A stretch of DNA of 64,000 bases. Origin: an uncultured Thermoanaerobaculia bacterium. Its GTDB lineage: Bacteria > Acidobacteriota > UBA4820 > DSQY01. Position 1 is the first letter of the stretch. Each line of letters begins with the position of its first letter. Shown one piece after another: positions 58,674 to 64,000 of the stretch. Where the stretch lies: the NCBI GenBank assembly GCA_964589625.1, contig CAZPSH010000008.1, forward strand, positions 1 to 64,000, in the 5' to 3' direction. The position numbers and the translations under genes were made by a program. Below the pieces are notes generated by a model. It had not been told where the DNA came from and made no database searches. It saw nothing but the letters and a program-made list of their open reading frames with translations.

Positions 58674-60080
58674 TCATACCCGGTGCAGTTTCAGCACGTT
58701 GGTGATCTCCGATTCGCCGGCCAGCATGGAGAGGGTGACGAGGACCGTCTGGCCGGCATGGATGAGGCCCGACCGGCTGGCGGCTTCGAGGGCCCCCGTG
58801 ACGGCCTTCTCGGCGTCGAAGGCGGGCTCCACCCGGAGGGGCACCACGCCCCACACCACGGCCAGCCGCCTCAATACGGCCTCGTGGGCCGAACAGGCGA
58901 TGACCGGGCAGGCCATGTGGAACTTGGAGAGGAGCCGGGGCATCCGGCCCGTAGGCGTGATGGAGAGCACCGCCGCGGCCCCGAGGTCCCGCGCGGCGCT
59001 GGCGGCCGCGTGGCTGGCGGCGTAATGGAAGTCGGCCACCCCCGTGAAGGGCTGCCGCTCGGGGTGGTAGAAGGGGCTCCTCTCCGCCTCCTCGGCGATG
59101 CGGTGGAGAAAGGAGACGGCCTCCACGGGGTACTTCCCGGCGGCGGACTCCCCCGAGAGCATGACGGCGTCGGTCCCGTCGAAGATGGCGTTGGCCACGT
59201 CCGAAACCTCCGCCCGGGTGGGGGTGGGATGGTCCACCATGGATTCGAGCATCTGGGTGGCCGTGATGACGAATTTCCCCCTGCGGTTGGCCTCGGAGAT
59301 GATCGTCTTCTGGGCGTGGGGCACCTTCTCCAGCCCCAGTTCGACGCCCAGGTCGCCCCTTGCCACCATGACCCCGTGGACCTCCGACAGGATGCCGTCC
59401 AGGTGGTCCAGGGCCTCGGGCTTTTCGATCTTGGCCACGATCCACGGCGAGTGGGGGGATCTGCCGAGCAGGGCCTTCAGGGCCCGGACGTCCCCGGGAC
59501 GGCGGACGAAGGAGAGGGCCACGAAGTCCACGCCGAGCTCGAGGCCGACGGCGAGGTCCCGCTTGTCCTTTGCGGTGAGAGACGGGGTGCTCAACTGCAC
59601 CCCGGGGAGATTGATCCCCTGGTGGGAGCGGAGGGGGCCGCCCCGGGCCACCTGGGTGTGAACCTCGCTTCCGGCGACCCGCTCGACGTGGAGTTCGAGG
59701 GTGCCGTCGGCGAGGTAGATCCGGTCCCCCTTCTTCACGTCCTTCGGCATGCGCGCGTAGGTGGTGTGGGCCCGCGACGCTCCACCCTCGCAGGGCTTGG
59801 TGGTGAGGGTGAAGGGGGCCCCTTCCTCCAGGTGGACGACGGGATCGCGGAAAGAACCCAGGCGGATCTTGGGTCCCTGCAGGTCCTGGAGCGCCGCCAG
59901 GGGCCGGCCGATCCTCCTCGACACCTTGCGGAGGGCCTCACAGCGCCGGGCGTGGTCCGATTCGGTTCCGTGCGAAAAGTTCAGCCGGCCCACATCCATG
60001 CCCTGGAGGGCCAGGGCCTCGATGCACGCCTCGGTCTGGGCCGCAGGTCCCAGGGTGCAGACGATCTTGGTTCGCGCCAC
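58674..60080 (-). CDS. pyk: Pyruvate kinase
   Basis: RTKIVCTLGPA, MDVGRLNFSHG, MVARGDLG signatures. Confidence 0.95.
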   Translation of the reverse strand: MARTKIVCTLGPAAQTEACIEALALQGMDVGRLNFSHGTESDHARRCEALRKVSRRIGRPLAALQDLQGPKIRLGSFRDPVVHLEEGAPFTLTTKPCEGGASRAHTTYARMPKDVKKGDRIYLADGTLELHVERVAGSEVHTQVARGGPLRSHQGINLPGVQLSTPSLTAKDKRDLAVGLELGVDFVALSFVRRPGDVRALKALLGRSPHSPWIVAKIEKPEALDHLDGILSEVHGVMVARGDLGVELGLEKVPHAQKTIISEANRRGKFVITATQMLESMVDHPTPTRAEVSDVANAIFDGTDAVMLSGESAAGKYPVEAVSFLHRIAEEAERSPFYHPERQPFTGVADFHYAASHAAASAARDLGAAAVLSITPTGRMPRLLSKFHMACPVIACSAHEAVLRRLAVVWGVVPLRVEPAFDAEKAVTGALEAASRSGLIHAGQTVLVTLSMLAGESEITNVLKLHRV

Positions 60081-60101
60081 CTCACCCCTCCGCGCGCCAT
60101 T

Positions 60102-61121
60102 CTAGAGCAAATCGTCCCCTGGGGAAGGCCCGGCCGTCCCCGAGGTGGAGCCCCGGTGCCGCGCCCGGTCGAGGAGCTCGCGCAGGTACTTCCTGCGCCG
60201 GCGGACGTGGCCCCGGCCTTCGAGGGCGAAGTAGATCAGGGCCGCCGCCGCCAAGGGAAAGAGGTAGTAAACGCCCCGGAAGAGGAGGAGTCCGCCGAGG
60301 ACGGAAGCCTCCGGCGCCTGGGGCGGGAGGAGGACGAGGACGGCCGTGTCCAGCACGCCGATCCCGGCCGGGATCTGAAGGAGCCAAACGCCCAGGGCCG
60401 CCGGAACGTAGATGCCGAAGACCGTGGCGAAACGAAGGCCCGGGTCCGGTGGGAGGAGAAGGTAGAGGGTGGCGGCGGCCAGGGACCAGTCCAGGGCCGA
60501 AACGGCCAGTGCCGCCAGGGTCCTCGCCCCGGAGGGGGGAGGCAGGGTCCAGCGGCCGAGGCGCAGGGGGGTCCGGCGGGAAAAAGTCCACAAGAAGAAC
60601 GCCAGCCACCCCCCCATGAGGAGGGCCCCGATCCAGCGGGGGTTGAGACCCGTGCGCAGGATCAGCCCCCCGGCGGGAACAAAGGCGAGGGCCGCGCCCG
60701 CCATGGCCAAGCTCCCTGTCCAGTAGGAGAGGGCGCTGCCGGCCACCACGCGGAGCACGTCCGGAACGGGCAGCCCCCAGAGGGCGTAGACTCGCAGACG
60801 AAACGGAGTTCCCGTGAGCAGGGGGTAGCCGGCGTTCATCCCGAAGGCCGATCCGACAAACGCGGCGGCGGCGACCTTGAAATAGGACAAGCGCACCCCC
60901 GCCGCCCGGCAGGCCACCGCGTCGTACCCCGTGATGGCGAGGTGGCCCAGAGCCGCCGCGAAAAACGCCGCGGCGATGTGGCTTGGAGGCAGGGTTTTAA
61001 GGGCCGAGAGGGCCGCCCCGGGGTCCAGGCGCACCCATTGGTAGGCGAAGACCCACGCGGCCCCGGCGACGAAGGCCGCCATGAAGGCCGTGCGCCAGAG
61101 GTGGCGGGTGTGCTCGGTCAC
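60102..61121 (-). CDS. Flippase-like (lysylphosphatidylglycerol-synthase TM region, UPF0104/YbhN-like) membrane protein
   Basis: 8-TM protein with an MprF-N-like pattern. The start abuts the stop of the upstream GMC oxidoreductase. Confidence 0.55.
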   Translation of the reverse strand: MTEHTRHLWRTAFMAAFVAGAAWVFAYQWVRLDPGAALSALKTLPPSHIAAAFFAAALGHLAITGYDAVACRAAGVRLSYFKVAAAAFVGSAFGMNAGYPLLTGTPFRLRVYALWGLPVPDVLRVVAGSALSYWTGSLAMAGAALAFVPAGGLILRTGLNPRWIGALLMGGWLAFFLWTFSRRTPLRLGRWTLPPPSGARTLAALAVSALDWSLAAATLYLLLPPDPGLRFATVFGIYVPAALGVWLLQIPAGIGVLDTAVLVLLPPQAPEASVLGGLLLFRGVYYLFPLAAAALIYFALEGRGHVRRRRKYLRELLDRARHRGSTSGTAGPSPGDDLL

Positions 61122-61125
61122 GGGC

Positions 61126-62724
61126 TCACCCCGGGCGGGGGGAATCGTCGCGCGCTGGGATTCGGCTCATGGCGTATTCGGTGAGGGCCGCGATGGTGAG
61201 GCTCGGATTCACGCCCAGGTTGGCGCCGATGACCGAGCCGTCGCACACGAAGAGGCCCTCGTGGCCGAAGGCCCGGCACACTGCGTCCACCACGCCGTCC
61301 TCGGGGCTTTTCCCCATGGCGCATCCGCCCAGAATGTGCGCCGTCGTGGGGATGTTGAGGAGAACCTCGTTGAGCGAGCTCTGGGGGGTGGCTCCCAACC
61401 GCTGGGCCACCTTGCGCGCCGCCTCGTTGGCTAGGGGAATGTAGGCGGGCACCCGGGGCTGGTCCGGGGGGGCCTCGGAGGTGAGGGTCCTCCCGAAGGG
61501 CCAGAACCACCTTCTCTTCAGGAGGAGTCGCATGCGGTTGTCCAGGGTCTGCATGACCAGGAGGATCACGGTCTTCCGCGCCCGACCGAGGGGCCAGAGG
61601 GTCCGGAGGAATCCGCCGGGGCGCCTCAAACAGTTTCCGATCCATTTCAGGGGCCGTGTGAGCCGGGTCCCGCCGTCCGTGAGAGGGGTGCCGAGGAGGC
61701 ACATGACATCCGAGCCCCGCGGGTAGCGGACGGGCTCGAACCGCGTCACGTCGTCCAGGAAGACGTGGGAGGTGATGGCCACTCCCTCGCACAGGTCGGG
61801 ACTCCTGCGTCCGCCGGTGATGCCGAGGAGCGCCTCGCTGTTGGTCCGGGCATAGTCGCCCAGGCGGTCCGAGAGGTGAGGCAGGGCGCCCCGCCGCTTG
61901 GATTCCATGAGGAGGGGGACGGACCCCAGCACCCCCGCCGCCACCACCACGTTCCGTGCGCGGATTTCGCTCCGGCGCTTGAGGAGGGGGCGGGTGGCCC
62001 GCTCCGTTTCGAGGCGATACCCGCCTTCGGGCAGGGCCGCCACGAGCGTGACTTGGGTCTCGGGCAGGATTCGGGCTCCCCTTTTCTCGGCCAGATACAG
62101 GTAGTTCCGGTCGAGGGTGTTCTTGGCCCCCACGCGGCACCCCACCATGCATCCGGCGCAGAAGGTGCATCCCGTCCGGTCCGGACCCTCCCCGCCGAAA
62201 TAAGGGTCCGGCACGGTGCGGTCCGGCTCTCCGAAAAAGACCGCCACCTGGGTGGGCTCGAAGGTCCCCTCCCGGCCCATCTCCTCCGCCACCTCCCTCA
62301 GAACCTCGTCGGCCCGCGTGAGGCGCGGGTTGGTGACCACGCCCAGCATGCGCCGCGCCTCGGCGTAGTGGGGCTCCAGGACCGCCTTCCAATCCCTGAG
62401 GTCCCGCCACTTGGGATCTTGGAAGGCCTCGTCCGTCGGGGTCATGAGAACGTTTGCGTAGACCAGGCTGCCTCCGCCCACACCCGCTCCGTGGAGGACG
62501 AGGGAGTCCCTCAGGAGCGTCAATTGCTGGATCCCGGTGCAGAAGATCTTCGGAAACCAGAAGGAGTCCCAGACCTTCCAGTTGGTCGAGGGATAGTCCT
62601 CCGGCCTCCACCGGCGGCCCTGCTCCACGACCAGCACCGAATACCCCTTCTGGGCGAGCCGGAGGGCCGCCACAGAACCGCCGAAGCCCGACCCCACGAC
62701 GACGTAATCCCAGCACTGGTCCAT
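61126..62724 (-). CDS. GMC-family FAD oxidoreductase (cholesterol-oxidase-like)
   Basis: DYVVVGSGFGGSVAALRLA Rossmann N-terminus and a C-terminal GMC His/Asn region. Confidence 0.8.
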   Translation of the reverse strand: MDQCWDYVVVGSGFGGSVAALRLAQKGYSVLVVEQGRRWRPEDYPSTNWKVWDSFWFPKIFCTGIQQLTLLRDSLVLHGAGVGGGSLVYANVLMTPTDEAFQDPKWRDLRDWKAVLEPHYAEARRMLGVVTNPRLTRADEVLREVAEEMGREGTFEPTQVAVFFGEPDRTVPDPYFGGEGPDRTGCTFCAGCMVGCRVGAKNTLDRNYLYLAEKRGARILPETQVTLVAALPEGGYRLETERATRPLLKRRSEIRARNVVVAAGVLGSVPLLMESKRRGALPHLSDRLGDYARTNSEALLGITGGRRSPDLCEGVAITSHVFLDDVTRFEPVRYPRGSDVMCLLGTPLTDGGTRLTRPLKWIGNCLRRPGGFLRTLWPLGRARKTVILLVMQTLDNRMRLLLKRRWFWPFGRTLTSEAPPDQPRVPAYIPLANEAARKVAQRLGATPQSSLNEVLLNIPTTAHILGGCAMGKSPEDGVVDAVCRAFGHEGLFVCDGSVIGANLGVNPSLTIAALTEYAMSRIPARDDSPRPG

Positions 62725-62842
62725 GGGCTGCCCCATCCCTTCCAAGCCCCATCGCTGGAGCGCGAAATCGTGCGGAACCCGATCCGACCGCGCCGGGGTG
62801 AATCGCCGGCGGGAACCGCAAGAGGTTCCCCGTCCCCGCGCC

Positions 62843-64000
62843 TCAGTCCCGGTCGAAAATCCGGTGCTGTTCGCCCAACTCCCGGGCCGAAGGGGTCAGG
62901 AGGGTCCGGGCGTGAATCCGGATCCTCCGGCCGCTTCGGAGGGCGGCCCGGACCTCGGCCTCGCTCACGAAATCCGACGGGGGCTCGGGCTCCCGGGTGG
63001 GCGCCGCCGGGGTCTGACCTCCGCGGCCGGCCGGTCCCAACTTCTGGGCCAGGAACCTGCGCGCCGCGTCCTCGAGACCGTCCGACGCCTTCACGAGGGG
63101 CGGCAAGGGGACGGCCGTGGGCCCCTCCAGGGGGCGGACCTCCAGCGCGACGCGCTTGCGGTCCATGAGGTGGAGGGGCGTGATGTTGTCGCTCGTGATG
63201 TTGTTGCCGAGGGCCCCGCAACCCAGCGTCAGGGCGGGCGGAAGGTTGGTCGTGTAGCCGATGGCCCCGTGGGTTCCCGGGCTGTTCACCACGATGCGAA
63301 AAACGGGCTTCCGCAACGCGAACTGCCGGATTACCTCTGGGTCCTGCGTGTGCAGGCACAGGGTGTGGCCCAGCCCTCCGTACTGGAGGACCTCGATGCA
63401 CCGCAGGCATCCCGCCTCCCACCCGTCGGCTTCGAAATAGGAGAGGATGGGCGAGAGCTTTTCCAGGGTCAGGGGAAAGTCTCGCCCCACCCCCGCCTCG
63501 GGGACCAGGAGGACCTTCACGCCGGGCGGCACTTCGAAGCCCGCCATCGAGGCGATGGCCTGGGGGGACCGCCCGACGACCTTCGGATTCAGCCGGCCCT
63601 CTTTGTCCACCACCAGGGCTTCCAGGAGGGCCTTCTCGCGATCGCTCACGAAGTGGCCACCCGCGGCGGCGAACTCCTCCCGGGCCTGCTCGGCAAGGGG
63701 GGCGTCCACGATGACCGACTGCTCGCTGGCGCAGATGGTTCCCCAATCGAAGGATTTCCCGGCCACCACGTCCCGCACGGCTTTCTTCAAGGCGGCGGTC
63801 CTCTCGATGAAGGCCGGAACGTTTCCCGGTCCCACCCCGTAGGCGGGCTTTCCGGAAGAGTAGGCGGCCATCACGAGTCCCATTCCTCCGGTGGCCAGGA
63901 TGACGTTCACTCCGGGGTGGCGCATGAGGGCCTGGGTGTCCTCGATGGACGGGTTCTGGAGCACCCCGACGATGCCCCGCGGAGCCCCCGCCGACACGGC
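62843..64000 (-). CDS. Aldehyde dehydrogenase family protein (CoA-acylating EutE/PduP-like); 5' end lies beyond the window
   Basis: Continuous ORF to the window edge with ALDH-like core (ATGGMGLVMAAYSSGKPAYGVGPGN, CASEQ). Confidence 0.6.
   Translation of the reverse strand, partial: AVSAGAPRGIVGVLQNPSIEDTQALMRHPGVNVILATGGMGLVMAAYSSGKPAYGVGPGNVPAFIERTAALKKAVRDVVAGKSFDWGTICASEQSVIVDAPLAEQAREEFAAAGGHFVSDREKALLEALVVDKEGRLNPKVVGRSPQAIASMAGFEVPPGVKVLLVPEAGVGRDFPLTLEKLSPILSYFEADGWEAGCLRCIEVLQYGGLGHTLCLHTQDPEVIRQFALRKPVFRIVVNSPGTHGAIGYTTNLPPALTLGCGALGNNITSDNITPLHLMDRKRVALEVRPLEGPTAVPLPPLVKASDGLEDAARRFLAQKLGPAGRGGQTPAAPTREPEPPSDFVSEAEVRAALRSGRRIRIHARTLLTPSARELGEQHRIFDRD

Overview
This is a high-GC (~68-70%) bacterial chromosomal segment with very GC-rich third codon positions and many 4-nt start/stop overlaps (ATGA, GTGA, TTGA). 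The style suggests an Acidobacteria-like genome. Most of the window is housekeeping: ispG, cysS, a DAHP synthase, mnmA, hemA-hemC-hemD with a HemX/CcsA-like gene, polA, thyX, pyk, kup, sod and mntP. It also carries several proteases: an M16 peptidase, a tricorn-like protease, an M24 peptidase, PrsW and a prolyl oligopeptidase.

Three regions stand out.
- Selenoprotein locus (171-5520, minus strand): perR-katG-(DPSL remnant)-ccp-prx. The peroxiredoxin has an in-frame TGA exactly at the peroxidatic-cysteine codon (FV-U-PTE). An 8-bp stem / 4-nt loop hairpin begins 10 nt downstream, as in a bacterial SECIS. This is a predicted selenocysteine peroxiredoxin. A perfect Fur/PerR-type palindrome sits in an AT-rich island upstream of perR.
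- Acquired restriction-modification cassette (about 48957-51151): a low-GC (~57%) block between hemD and polA. It is bounded by ~170-190 bp imperfect inverted repeats that each carry a TTGACT-N18-TACGCT promoter. Inside are a PD-(D/E)XK restriction endonuclease and a beta-class N4/N6 DNA methyltransferase, translationally coupled by an ATGA overlap.
- Unusual kinase/aminotransferase cluster (22478-32020): a class-I aminotransferase fused to an HprK-like P-loop domain with a GTGRT variant loop, next to a flotillin. It also holds a divergent 625-aa PEPCK(ATP)-like protein coupled to a DUF3047 gene, and an FHA-EAL protein.

Other oddities: a signal-peptide nucleoside-hydrolase-FmdE fusion, a 3' fragment of an alpha/beta hydrolase directly after a terminator, and a DPSL-like ferritin remnant.

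Coordinates are taken from the ORF track. Fine positions read from the printed sequence may be off by +/-1.
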